This document shows positions 37,428 to 46,026 of a stretch of DNA of 64,000 bases, piece after piece. How positions within the stretch are numbered: position 1 is the stretch's first letter; every line of letters starts with the position of its first letter. The DNA is from an uncultured virus (IMG/VR IMGVR_UViG_3300025894_001089) (Duplodnaviria; Heunggongvirae; Uroviricota; Caudoviricetes), in the IMG/VR virus record IMGVR_UViG_3300025894_001089. The stretch is one strand, 5' to 3'. A program made the position numbers and the translations under genes. The notes beneath the pieces were generated by a model. It saw nothing but the letters and a program-made list of their open reading frames with translations, was not told the origin of the DNA and searched no databases.

Positions 37428-39202
37428 TGAAAATTGATCAGTTTAAATCGTTAGAACACAAAGTTCTCAAAGAAAATTATTTAAAGAAAAGTAATGCTCT
37501 ACTAGAGAGTGTTTGTTTGGATCTAGATGCTGAACAAAGGCGTATTGTTGAAGGCATTTACAATGATGCCCGTCCACTTATTGAAGCCGCATTAACAGCA
37601 GATCAAATTACAGGATTGTTCCAAGCCGCTGAAAAAGCCGCTAACGATAGCGGAACAAACAGAACAGCATTAGGTAAAGGTAAAGATGTTATTGATGCTG
37701 GTAATAAAATGCTTAATGATGCTGGTAAGTGGCTACAAGATACTGCACCAGTTAAAGCGTTTGATTCAAAATTTGAACAAATTAAAAGAGATTTAAAAAC
37801 AAAATTAGGGCAAAGTGCCGCAGGTAAAAAGACTTTAGAAGCAGTACAAGGACTTGGCGACTATGCTAAAGCAAATCCTGCTAAAACAGCGTTTGCTATT
37901 GGTATTTTAACAGCGGTTGCCGCTGTAGCAACAGGACCAGTTGGTGGTGCTATTGCTGGACAAGTATTACGTGGTGCTAACGAACTTATTAAAGGTGAAA
38001 AACTTTCAACAGCAATTGGTAAAGGCGCGAAAGCGGCCGCACTTGGTTATCTTGCAGGCCAATCATTTAAGATGATCAGTGATGAAGTTATTGCTAACAT
38101 TGAATCAGCAGGCTTAGCAGATATTGATGCATTAGAAGCATCAATGAATGATGCAAACTTTAAAGACGCAATGTCAGATGTTACTGCTGAATTTGGTAAC
38201 GATACAGTTGACTCGCTTGTAAACGATGGTAGAATATATACAGGTTCGGGCAATATTAACGGTTTTAATTACAATTATAACGTCATAATGAATCCAGAAG
38301 AATTAGCTAAGTTTAACGAATTTAAACAGGCAATTACTAGTTCAGGAAAATCGTTTAGTCCTGAATGGTACAAAGCCTCAGCAGAATACCATGACTTTAT
38401 GACACAGTTGCAGAACAATCCTGTACAGGGTGATAGACGAGCAATACTTGATGCAGTCCAAGCGGCAAGTGAAAACAAAGATAACTTTAGTATAGATCAA
38501 CTTGAAGACATAATTGGAGAATTTGATAGTCTTGAAGACAGTGTTGGAGCTCTTAAAACCAAGGCTGAAGTAATGGGTCCAGTAATTCAAGCGGCGGTAC
38601 AACAAGCTGACTCACTTAAAGCAACAGCAGATAGATCTTCGCCTCCTGGAGAGATTGAAGATCCAGTGCCTGAAGAAATGAGCGGTGCCAGCGATGAAGA
38701 AATTGACAAAGTTGCAGTAAGAGGAACTGAAAGTAAGTTCTTATCAGCACCAGCTTTAACTGAATCTCAGATACGTGTACTATTTCATCAAGTAGCATTC
38801 TTGTCTGAATCAGAACAACTTGATGAAATTAGTCTTGGTGCTATTACTACTAAAGCAAAACAAATTGCCGCCAAAGGTATGCAAAAAGCCGCAGACGTCG
38901 GCAAGAATATGACTACTCGTGTTACTGCTCAGAAGTTGCAAAAAGCCTGGGAGAAAGCTGGTAAGCCAGAAGATTCTGCAGAGATAGCAAAAATATTAAG
39001 CAAGAACAAAGTATCACAAGAAGTTAGTACAAAAGCATTTACTGATGCAGGAATTGAAGTACCACCTATTCCAGAGCCAGAAGAAGACTCAAACATTGAT
39101 GTTGATAAAATTATTGACTGGGTTAACAAGCAATCCAAAGAAATTAAAGCAGATATTATATCAGTTGTTAAGTCAGCAGATGAAAAGTTAGCAGGCGCCT
39201 AA
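37427..39202 (+). CDS. Putative internal virion protein
   Basis: 591 aa, helical and Ala-rich with a hydrophobic glycine-zipper-like segment. Confidence 0.6.
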   Translation: MKIDQFKSLEHKVLKENYLKKSNALLESVCLDLDAEQRRIVEGIYNDARPLIEAALTADQITGLFQAAEKAANDSGTNRTALGKGKDVIDAGNKMLNDAGKWLQDTAPVKAFDSKFEQIKRDLKTKLGQSAAGKKTLEAVQGLGDYAKANPAKTAFAIGILTAVAAVATGPVGGAIAGQVLRGANELIKGEKLSTAIGKGAKAAALGYLAGQSFKMISDEVIANIESAGLADIDALEASMNDANFKDAMSDVTAEFGNDTVDSLVNDGRIYTGSGNINGFNYNYNVIMNPEELAKFNEFKQAITSSGKSFSPEWYKASAEYHDFMTQLQNNPVQGDRRAILDAVQAASENKDNFSIDQLEDIIGEFDSLEDSVGALKTKAEVMGPVIQAAVQQADSLKATADRSSPPGEIEDPVPEEMSGASDEEIDKVAVRGTESKFLSAPALTESQIRVLFHQVAFLSESEQLDEISLGAITTKAKQIAAKGMQKAADVGKNMTTRVTAQKLQKAWEKAGKPEDSAEIAKILSKNKVSQEVSTKAFTDAGIEVPPIPEPEEDSNIDVDKIIDWVNKQSKEIKADIISVVKSADEKLAGA

Positions 39203-39203
39203 A

Positions 39204-39935
39204 ATGAAATTAAAAGAAGGCGGAAATATATTTAAAGATCCAACTACTAAAAAACCGTTTACTCAACGTATTAATCGTGCTGATGTTACACCCACTGTCC
39301 AGTGGTTAGAGAACTTAACTGGTTTAAGCCTAGTAGACAACATGCTTGGAACAACAGGTAAAAAAGAAACATCAGGTGATTTAGATCTTGCTGTTGATGT
39401 AAGCAAAATTGATAAACAAACACTTATTGATGTGTTACTGAAAAAAGGCGTTGATAAAGCAGATATTAAAAAGAGTGGCGACAGTGTTCATCACAAAACA
39501 CCTATCAATGGTGATCCGGCTAATGGTTATGTTCAGACTGATTTTATGTTTGGTGATCCAAAATGGCAAAGTTTTAGTCTACAAGGCGGAGCCGAAGGCA
39601 GTGACTTTAAAGGACTACACAGACACATATTGTTGGCTAGTATTGCTAAAGCACTAGGATACAAATGGAGTTACAAAAACGGACTTATTAATAGAGCCGA
39701 TAACATGCCTGTAGAAGGTGGCAAATCTACCGCAGGAATTAGTAAACATTTAGGTATTCCAGCTGGTAAACTAAACAGTGTAGAAGATATAGTTGATGCT
39801 ATTAAAGGTCGTCCTGATTACAATATGCTGGTCGTTGATGCTCGTGAAGGATTTTCAAGAGATAATTTAACACTTCCTGAATCAGCTGAGTCGGCGCCAG
39901 TAGGAACACAGGCTTGGTTTAGGAAGTTTATGTAA
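39204..39935 (+). CDS. Pol-beta-superfamily nucleotidyltransferase
   Basis: LGTTGKKETSGDLDLAVD (G[ST]...DxD) plus third acidic residue in VQTDFM. Confidence 0.7.
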   Translation: MKLKEGGNIFKDPTTKKPFTQRINRADVTPTVQWLENLTGLSLVDNMLGTTGKKETSGDLDLAVDVSKIDKQTLIDVLLKKGVDKADIKKSGDSVHHKTPINGDPANGYVQTDFMFGDPKWQSFSLQGGAEGSDFKGLHRHILLASIAKALGYKWSYKNGLINRADNMPVEGGKSTAGISKHLGIPAGKLNSVEDIVDAIKGRPDYNMLVVDAREGFSRDNLTLPESAESAPVGTQAWFRKFM

Positions 39936-40981
39936 TGGATTTATTTGAATTCTTAAATGAGGACGGTCCTCGTATTGCACATCCTGAAGATGCTATATTC
40001 CAAGGTTCAGCAAGAGCCGCCAATTACTTAGAAGCATTACTAGATGTAATTGAAGACCCAGGTAGTGTTAGTATTAAATGGGACGGCGGTGTTGCATTGT
40101 ATTTTGGAAACAGAGAAGGCAAGTTTGTAATAACAGACAAGTATATGCCAGCTAAAGGTTTTTTTGCAACCAGCCCAGATGAATGGCGTCAGTATGATAA
40201 AGATAGAGGTGCTGACAGAGGAAACTTATATACACAAGTTGAAACAGTATGGCCAGGATTAAAAGCCGCAGTTGGAAGTACCGACGGATTATTTAAAAGT
40301 GATCTAATGTGGGTAGGACAACTCAAACCAATTGAAGGTCGTTATGTATTTAAACCCACCACAGTAGAATATCGTGTTCCTGTTAACAGCAACATTGGTA
40401 AAGTTATTGCTGGACGAGTAGCAGGCGTAGCAGTACATAGTTTTAATGATGCACCATGGGACGGAAAATCCGGACTTGATCAAGGTGCAAGTGATGTGGC
40501 AATACTAAGTCCTACAGCAGGAATTCAATTCAGTTTAAAGAACCCAGTTAAACTAGTAGGAGCCGCTAAAAAGGCTGTACAAGGTGAAGGCAAACTAGCT
40601 GATGAGTTTTTACAAGGAATGGCCAAAGTAGCTCAATCAGCATTGCAAAAGTTTATGAATCATCAAATTACAAAACAAACAAGTGATCCACTTGAGAAAT
40701 GGCTTGAAACCAATGTAAGTGGAAAACAATTACATTTCCTAACCAATCCAGACGATGGATATCTACATGCTCATGAAGATGGACTTAAAGCACTATACAA
40801 TATATGGAATAGTATATACAGATTAAAAGCACATCTTGCATTACAATTAGAGCAACAAGTTAGCGGTTTTGAACAGTGGACCGGTGGAAAACAAGAAGGC
40901 GAAGGCTTTGTTTTTAACAGTAAACACGGTTTAGTTAAAATTGTTAACAGAGAAGGCTTTGGAGCCGCACATTTTAACTAA
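39935..40981 (+). CDS. Ligase-like (KxDG) nucleotidyltransferase-fold protein
   Basis: HPED, SIKWDGG (motif I), EGEGFV (motif IV), VKIV (motif V). Confidence 0.65.
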   Translation: MDLFEFLNEDGPRIAHPEDAIFQGSARAANYLEALLDVIEDPGSVSIKWDGGVALYFGNREGKFVITDKYMPAKGFFATSPDEWRQYDKDRGADRGNLYTQVETVWPGLKAAVGSTDGLFKSDLMWVGQLKPIEGRYVFKPTTVEYRVPVNSNIGKVIAGRVAGVAVHSFNDAPWDGKSGLDQGASDVAILSPTAGIQFSLKNPVKLVGAAKKAVQGEGKLADEFLQGMAKVAQSALQKFMNHQITKQTSDPLEKWLETNVSGKQLHFLTNPDDGYLHAHEDGLKALYNIWNSIYRLKAHLALQLEQQVSGFEQWTGGKQEGEGFVFNSKHGLVKIVNREGFGAAHFN

Positions 40982-41066
40982 TATTATTATCGCTTTTTAA
41001 TTAAAAAAGATAAATAAATGCATAGTAGACCATGCAGGTTTACACCGCATTTTAAGGAGAAATCAA

Positions 41067-41402
41067 ATGCCAGCAGTAACAAGAGCAAATGGCCTAGGAC
41101 ATGCACATGAAACATTGTATGCAACAGGTTCACATTCAGCATTCGTAATTGACGCAGGTGCATCACTAGCAACTGAAGGCGGAATTGGTGGAGCAATCGA
41201 AGCTCTAGCACAACACCTTGGTTCAGCTTGTGTACTTTTCGATTCAGAAGGTACAGCAGGAGCAGTTTCAGTAGTAATGGACGGTCATGCCGTTTCAGCC
41301 GCTGATCTACAAGTTAGCATCCGTGCAATGGGAACAGTAAGTGGTTATGACTTCAGTGGCGCAACAGTCACCGAAGGTGGAGCAATTACAGTTGCCGCGT
41401 AA
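41067..41402 (+). CDS. Putative abundant virion structural protein
   Basis: TAAATA, hairpin leader, AAGGAG RBS, own terminator; Ala/Gly-rich. Confidence 0.55.
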   Translation: MPAVTRANGLGHAHETLYATGSHSAFVIDAGASLATEGGIGGAIEALAQHLGSACVLFDSEGTAGAVSVVMDGHAVSAADLQVSIRAMGTVSGYDFSGATVTEGGAITVAA

Positions 41403-41425
41403 TTAATTTACGAAGCAAACAATTT

Positions 41426-41456
41426 AAAAGGGCTACTTTTGGTAGCCCTTTTTTTG
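41426..41456 (+). terminator. Intrinsic terminator
   Basis: AAAAGGGCTAC-ttttg-GTAGCCCTTTTTTT. Confidence 0.88.
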
Positions 41457-41472
41457 TGACATAAGTACTAGC

Positions 41473-41925
41473 ATGGAACAGAGAATCTATAATTATTCGC
41501 TTATGACATTGGTTGATATTACAAAAACAAACCAAGTACACAACAGTGAAAACAATGATGATCTAAAACGCAATCAACATAGAAACTATCAAACTATGTT
41601 GCAAACACTTGGTTTACGCACACAACCTACAATCAAAGGTGATGTTAAAATGACCAATGGCGAATTCCCTCGACCTGATTTTGGTGAAAGCTATAACGGT
41701 ATACACAATATATGGCAAGTAAACTTTAGTGTTGAACAACCAGAAGCATTCTCTGATATAGAACAAAATCCAATTGGTTTATTAGAAGAAGACTTTGATC
41801 AAGTACCAATTGTTAGTATGCTAAACGAAACGGCTAGATTTATTTTACCTTGCTTCTTTAGTTATGGACCATTAAAGAACATACATTTCTATTATGAGTA
41901 CTTTGATAGAGACTTACACAACTAA
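41473..41925 (+). CDS. Hypothetical phage protein
   Basis: TLVDITKT...NYQTMLQTLGLRTQP; preceded by ATAAGTA. Confidence 0.7.
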   Translation: MEQRIYNYSLMTLVDITKTNQVHNSENNDDLKRNQHRNYQTMLQTLGLRTQPTIKGDVKMTNGEFPRPDFGESYNGIHNIWQVNFSVEQPEAFSDIEQNPIGLLEEDFDQVPIVSMLNETARFILPCFFSYGPLKNIHFYYEYFDRDLHN

Positions 41926-41980
41926 ACCAAAAACATATACTATTAAAATATTTGCACAAGCAGGTAAATAATAGTTACAA

Positions 41981-42010
41981 AGGCACACTTAGGCACACTT
42001 AGGCTCACTA
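41981..42010 (+). repeat. 10-bp tandem repeat x3
   Basis: AGGCACACTT AGGCACACTT AGGCTCACTA. Confidence 0.85.
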
Positions 42011-42059
42011 TATTAAACGGTAGTTAAAAGCTATATTTAGAAGAATTTAGGAGAGCCCA

Positions 42060-42329
42060 GTGCCTGCAACGTCTACATCCATTGAAAAAACAAACCTAGA
42101 AGCTCATGTTGAACTCTGTGCCGAGCGATATGACGCACTAGAAGACAAGTTAGACAATTTAGATAGACGTATTGAAAAAATCGACGATGGCGTCGAAGAT
42201 ATTAAAAAAGCCATAGCAAAGAATTCCATAGGTGCCCATAGCCAACTTATTAAGATTGGAACCGCACTATTTGCCGTACTACTCACAGCATGTATCGGCC
42301 TCACAGTAAATTTGATAATGTCGAACTGA
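42060..42329 (+). CDS. Coiled-coil protein with C-terminal TM (holin/XhlA-like candidate)
   Basis: LEAHVELCAERY coiled coil plus hydrophobic tail; AGGAG RBS; GTG start. Confidence 0.6.
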   Translation: MPATSTSIEKTNLEAHVELCAERYDALEDKLDNLDRRIEKIDDGVEDIKKAIAKNSIGAHSQLIKIGTALFAVLLTACIGLTVNLIMSN

Positions 42330-42333
42330 TATT

Positions 42334-42540
42334 ATGAAGATTGAAGAATTACTTAATCATATCACTGTCCCTGTCACTAACGAAGAGGCAGATGTATTAG
42401 CACAATTTAACGGTAGTGCTAAACGTAAACGCGACTTTAATGAACGCGAACAGGTTGTTGTAAACCAGTTAATCAACAAAGATATCTTAATGAGGCAAAA
42501 CACAAATGGAATTATCGAGTATTCAAAAAAACGCAAATAG
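42334..42540 (+). CDS. Hypothetical late protein
   Basis: MKIEELL N-terminus. Confidence 0.65.
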   Translation: MKIEELLNHITVPVTNEEADVLAQFNGSAKRKRDFNEREQVVVNQLINKDILMRQNTNGIIEYSKKRK

Positions 42541-43048
42541 ATCCGAACTCTTTAAGCAGTTAGATATATTTGCTGAGTTAAATGCATCTAAAGTTGCGTT
42601 ATGGCAGAAACAAGAAACTGATCGTCTTTTAGACGACCCGGATAATGTCTATATTATCCCTGTTAAGAATGGATTTAAAGTAGGAAGGTCAGCAGTATAC
42701 GAAAAACCAATTGGTTGGGTAGTTACTTGCAAATCACAAAAGAAGAAGCCATTTGAATTCAACACCAAGAACCAAGCATTATTGTATGCTGTATTGACAG
42801 AAAAAGGATATGACAAAGAAGCAGACGAGTATAAACAAGCCTTTTTACAAGTACAAAAGCATGTCACTGATATACAGTTTTATAAACATAATATAAAGGC
42901 GGCATGTAATAAGAAAGATTATTTTAAACAAGAAGCACTTGAAAATAGGCTAGATGATAGTATGTATAGACTGGAACTTGCTAAAAATAACTTCGAAAAA
43001 TCAATTAAGTCGGCTAAATACATAAAACTTAGGGATAACGAAAAATGA
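42506..43048 (+). CDS. Hypothetical phage protein
   Basis: 180-aa ORF in operon. Confidence 0.65.
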   Translation: MELSSIQKNANRSELFKQLDIFAELNASKVALWQKQETDRLLDDPDNVYIIPVKNGFKVGRSAVYEKPIGWVVTCKSQKKKPFEFNTKNQALLYAVLTEKGYDKEADEYKQAFLQVQKHVTDIQFYKHNIKAACNKKDYFKQEALENRLDDSMYRLELAKNNFEKSIKSAKYIKLRDNEK

Positions 43049-43785
43049 AAATATCAGAAATAGGTTTAACTACCTCAAAAGAAAAAGTTAATAAGGTAAT
43101 TGAATCTCGCTTTGGAGCGAAGATCGATTATTCCTCTCTCACTGTTGAAAAAGCACAGTCTATTATAGAGGGGCTAACATCAAGTCTAGCTAAGTTTAAT
43201 AACAGCCACAATACTCATGTCGCTCACAAGAATCCTAAGTATGTAGAATGCTTTATGATTAAAGAAGGTTTGACTGCTTGGTTAAAAGAACATCACCAAA
43301 AAGATGAAGACGGTAATGTTATTCCACACAAGGAAGAAAAAGTTGTTCTTGAAAGCGAAACAGCCCAAGCAGAAGCAGTTCTAGCTGGTAGAGATATGGT
43401 TGATTCAGTGCAAGACATGATGGAAAAGATTGGCAGAATGCAAAACGAACAAATGCCAGCATTACTTGATTCAATACATGATCAGATAAGTGCAGAACAA
43501 GCAGAAGCATTTAAAACAGCAGTTGATCCAGTACTAGCAGGATTAGAAGAACAATTACGTACTGGGCGTGAAACGTTGGATGGTGCGGCTCGTTCATTGG
43601 CAGGTGAAGAAGTTGCAGGCGCAATGGATATGCCAGCCGAAGAACCAGCAGTTGATCCCGAAGCACCAGCTGAAGAACCAGCCGCTGATGCAGATGCAAG
43701 TGCAGAAGCCCCAGCAGACGATTTTGAAGCAACTGATGCCGCCGCTGGCGGTGAAGAAGATGCCGGTAGAGAAGAAAGAGTCTAA
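43045..43785 (+). CDS. Putative prohead core/scaffold-like protein
   Basis: TAAATA upstream; MKISEI; helical with very acidic A/E/P tail. Confidence 0.5.
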   Translation: MKISEIGLTTSKEKVNKVIESRFGAKIDYSSLTVEKAQSIIEGLTSSLAKFNNSHNTHVAHKNPKYVECFMIKEGLTAWLKEHHQKDEDGNVIPHKEEKVVLESETAQAEAVLAGRDMVDSVQDMMEKIGRMQNEQMPALLDSIHDQISAEQAEAFKTAVDPVLAGLEEQLRTGRETLDGAARSLAGEEVAGAMDMPAEEPAVDPEAPAEEPAADADASAEAPADDFEATDAAAGGEEDAGREERV

Positions 43786-44198
43786 TGCGTTTAAATGAAT
43801 TTAATACAAGAGCACTAGATCCTGACGTATTAGAAGATGATGCTGACGATCAAGGACATACTAATTTAGTAACAGCTCTTGAATTCTTGCGTCATAGAAG
43901 TCGAGACAAGATGCTACAACCCAAAGTTCGTGTTGATAGCTTGATTGAAATGGTACGCAATACTGGTGCAACGACATTTAACCTAGAAAGTTTAACTAAC
44001 GCTTTTAAGACTAATGGATCCGTTAAAGGATTGATTAAAGATATCAAAGACGACGAGCACGGTGTGAAGTATGTGTTCCTCAAAGATTTTAGTGACCTAG
44101 AAGTAGATAATGAGACTGCTATAGCATATGGCACTAAGGATGATAACCCCGATAAAGTTGTGAAACAAATGGCTAATAGGGCTTTAAAAAATGATTAA
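43785..44198 (+). CDS. Hypothetical late protein
   Basis: MRLNEF N-terminus; TAATG coupling. Confidence 0.65.
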   Translation: MRLNEFNTRALDPDVLEDDADDQGHTNLVTALEFLRHRSRDKMLQPKVRVDSLIEMVRNTGATTFNLESLTNAFKTNGSVKGLIKDIKDDEHGVKYVFLKDFSDLEVDNETAIAYGTKDDNPDKVVKQMANRALKND

Positions 44199-44355
44199 TT
44201 GGATTAAAAACAGAGTAATGGAACGTACTTCATGGGACGGCGGCGCATTAATTGCAGTCGGACTAGTTGTGCTATTTCTTGGACCATTTGCAAAATGGGC
44301 GGCTTATGCGGCTATTGCTTATGGTGCTTGGACTATGTGGAAAAAAGAAGACTAA
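44191..44355 (+). CDS. Small 2-TM membrane protein (54 aa; holin-like candidate)
   Basis: MINWIKNRVMERTSWDGGALIAVGLVVLFLGPFAKWAAYAAIAYGAWTMWKKED; not in the ORF track. Confidence 0.6.
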   Translation: MINWIKNRVMERTSWDGGALIAVGLVVLFLGPFAKWAAYAAIAYGAWTMWKKED

Positions 44356-44436
44356 TATCTTTTGCACATGGTTTATGGGGTTCCATCCCCGTACCGGCTA
44401 GAACCCGGATTGGACTACTATTATAGGAGAAAACAA

Positions 44437-44847
44437 ATGGGAAGACCACTAAATAAAAAGTTCTTTGGAACACCAACCCCAGCAGGAAATGAAATTAAAG
44501 TTCAGTTCCATAACGGAACAGGTTCTGTTGCTGGATGGATTATTAAACAGGTTGGAGCAAAACGCTTTAAAGTTACTGATGGTTCAGAAATTAAAGTCTG
44601 TTCATTGGTTGATAAAGCTTCAGCGGCTATTGCCGCAGGTGAAATGACTATCACTATCAATGATGGTGGTACGGCAAGACAAGTTACTAAGATTGCCGCT
44701 AAGAAAGTTACACTTGACACTGGTACAACAATTAACTGGGACTTTACAGGAACAGGTGATGTTGTCGAAATGGAAGAAGCTGGCGATGATGCTACTATTG
44801 ACGCCATAGGCACAGACGAAGATGACTTCGAAGGTGATGACGTCTAA
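44437..44847 (+). CDS. Putative virion structural protein (start MGRPLNKKFFG)
   Basis: AGGAG RBS before ATG 44437; followed by a terminator. Confidence 0.65.
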   Translation: MGRPLNKKFFGTPTPAGNEIKVQFHNGTGSVAGWIIKQVGAKRFKVTDGSEIKVCSLVDKASAAIAAGEMTITINDGGTARQVTKIAAKKVTLDTGTTINWDFTGTGDVVEMEEAGDDATIDAIGTDEDDFEGDDV

Positions 44848-44873
44848 ATCTTTCACTAATTTATGTGAATTTA

Positions 44874-44902
44874 GAAAGGGGGTATTTGCCCCCTTTCTTT
44901 TT
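44874..44902 (+). terminator. Intrinsic terminator
   Basis: GAAAGGGGGT-att-TGCCCCCTTTC followed by TTTTT. Confidence 0.8.
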
Positions 44903-44914
44903 CCATAATTTTAC

Positions 44915-44943
44915 TTGACAAATAAATATAAAGAAGGTATAAT
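44915..44943 (+). promoter_or_regulatory. Sigma70 consensus promoter
   Basis: TTGACA-N17-TATAAT, perfect consensus. Confidence 0.85.
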
Positions 44944-44948
44944 ACATT

Positions 44949-45272
44949 ATGATTACAGTTTCCGATAAAGCCGCTGAGAAGATTCTAGAACTAGGAGTAA
45001 AAGCACTCTTAGTTAAAGTAAAACCAAGTGGCTGTAATGGTTACAGTTATATCATAGAAGAACATACACCACAAGATGATGAAGTTTATTATACCGATAA
45101 GAATGTTAAAATTCGAATCGCAGAAGGTAGTGAACCATTCTTATATGGCACTATGGTAGATTACATTACTAGTTCAGATGGCTTTACAACTAAGTTTGAT
45201 ATTGTAAGCTCACTTGAGTCTGGACGTTGTGGTTGCGGAGAAAGTTTTAACATTGATAATTCAAAAATATAA
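44949..45272 (+). CDS. Fe-S cluster assembly A-type carrier (IscA/HesB family)
   Basis: SGCNGYSY and C-terminal CGCGESF. Confidence 0.92.
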   Translation: MITVSDKAAEKILELGVKALLVKVKPSGCNGYSYIIEEHTPQDDEVYYTDKNVKIRIAEGSEPFLYGTMVDYITSSDGFTTKFDIVSSLESGRCGCGESFNIDNSKI

Positions 45273-45981
45273 TTACACTGATTGCGGTAGAGAAAACATT
45301 AACGGCAAACGCCATTACTGTCTGCCCGACGGATCAAAAGCACCTAGTGTTACCACAGTACTAGATCTCACTAAACCTGAAGAAAAGAAAAAAGCATTAA
45401 TGCAATGGCGCAAACGTGTGGGCGAACAACGAGCACAACAAATTGTTACTGAAGCCGCAAACCGCGGAACTTCAATGCACAAATACCTTGAAGAGTATTG
45501 TATTGACGGTAAACTTAGAGATATGCCATCTAATCCATTTCATAAACCACCGTATCGCATGGCTGAAGTTATTGTTCGTGAAGGTATGTCAAAAGTAGAT
45601 GAAATATGGGGTACTGAGGTTCCTCTTTATTTTCCTGGTGTATATGCAGGAACAACAGACTTAGTTGGTATGTTTAATAATACTCCAGCAATTATGGATT
45701 TTAAACAAACTAACAAGCCTAAGAAAGAAGAATGGATTGAAGATTATAAATTGCAAATGGCCGCATATGCATTGGCACACAACGAAGTACACGGAACGGA
45801 AATTAATCGTGGTGTTGTATTGATGTGTGTTAAACCTGAAGTAAATGAACAAGGCCAAGTAACAAAAGAACCACAATATCAGCAGTTCCTAGTTGAAGGA
45901 GACGAATTTACACACTGGAAGAACCAATGGTGGAAGCGTCTTGAGCAATATTACACAAAAATCTCCAACGGTGAAATATAA
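45253..45981 (+). CDS. PD-(D/E)xK exonuclease
   Basis: PSVTTVL, RGTSMH, AGTTDL...IMDFKQ, QMAAYA. Confidence 0.85.
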   Translation: MIIQKYNYTDCGRENINGKRHYCLPDGSKAPSVTTVLDLTKPEEKKKALMQWRKRVGEQRAQQIVTEAANRGTSMHKYLEEYCIDGKLRDMPSNPFHKPPYRMAEVIVREGMSKVDEIWGTEVPLYFPGVYAGTTDLVGMFNNTPAIMDFKQTNKPKKEEWIEDYKLQMAAYALAHNEVHGTEINRGVVLMCVKPEVNEQGQVTKEPQYQQFLVEGDEFTHWKNQWWKRLEQYYTKISNGEI

Positions 45982-46026
45982 AAGAACATAAATAGTTTAT
46001 ATTAAGAGAACTGTTGAGGAACACAA

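Noticed and set aside
45253..45981. Cas4/CRISPR association of the PD-(D/E)xK nuclease
   Set aside because: No Fe-S Cys cluster, no other cas genes and no repeat-spacer array seen
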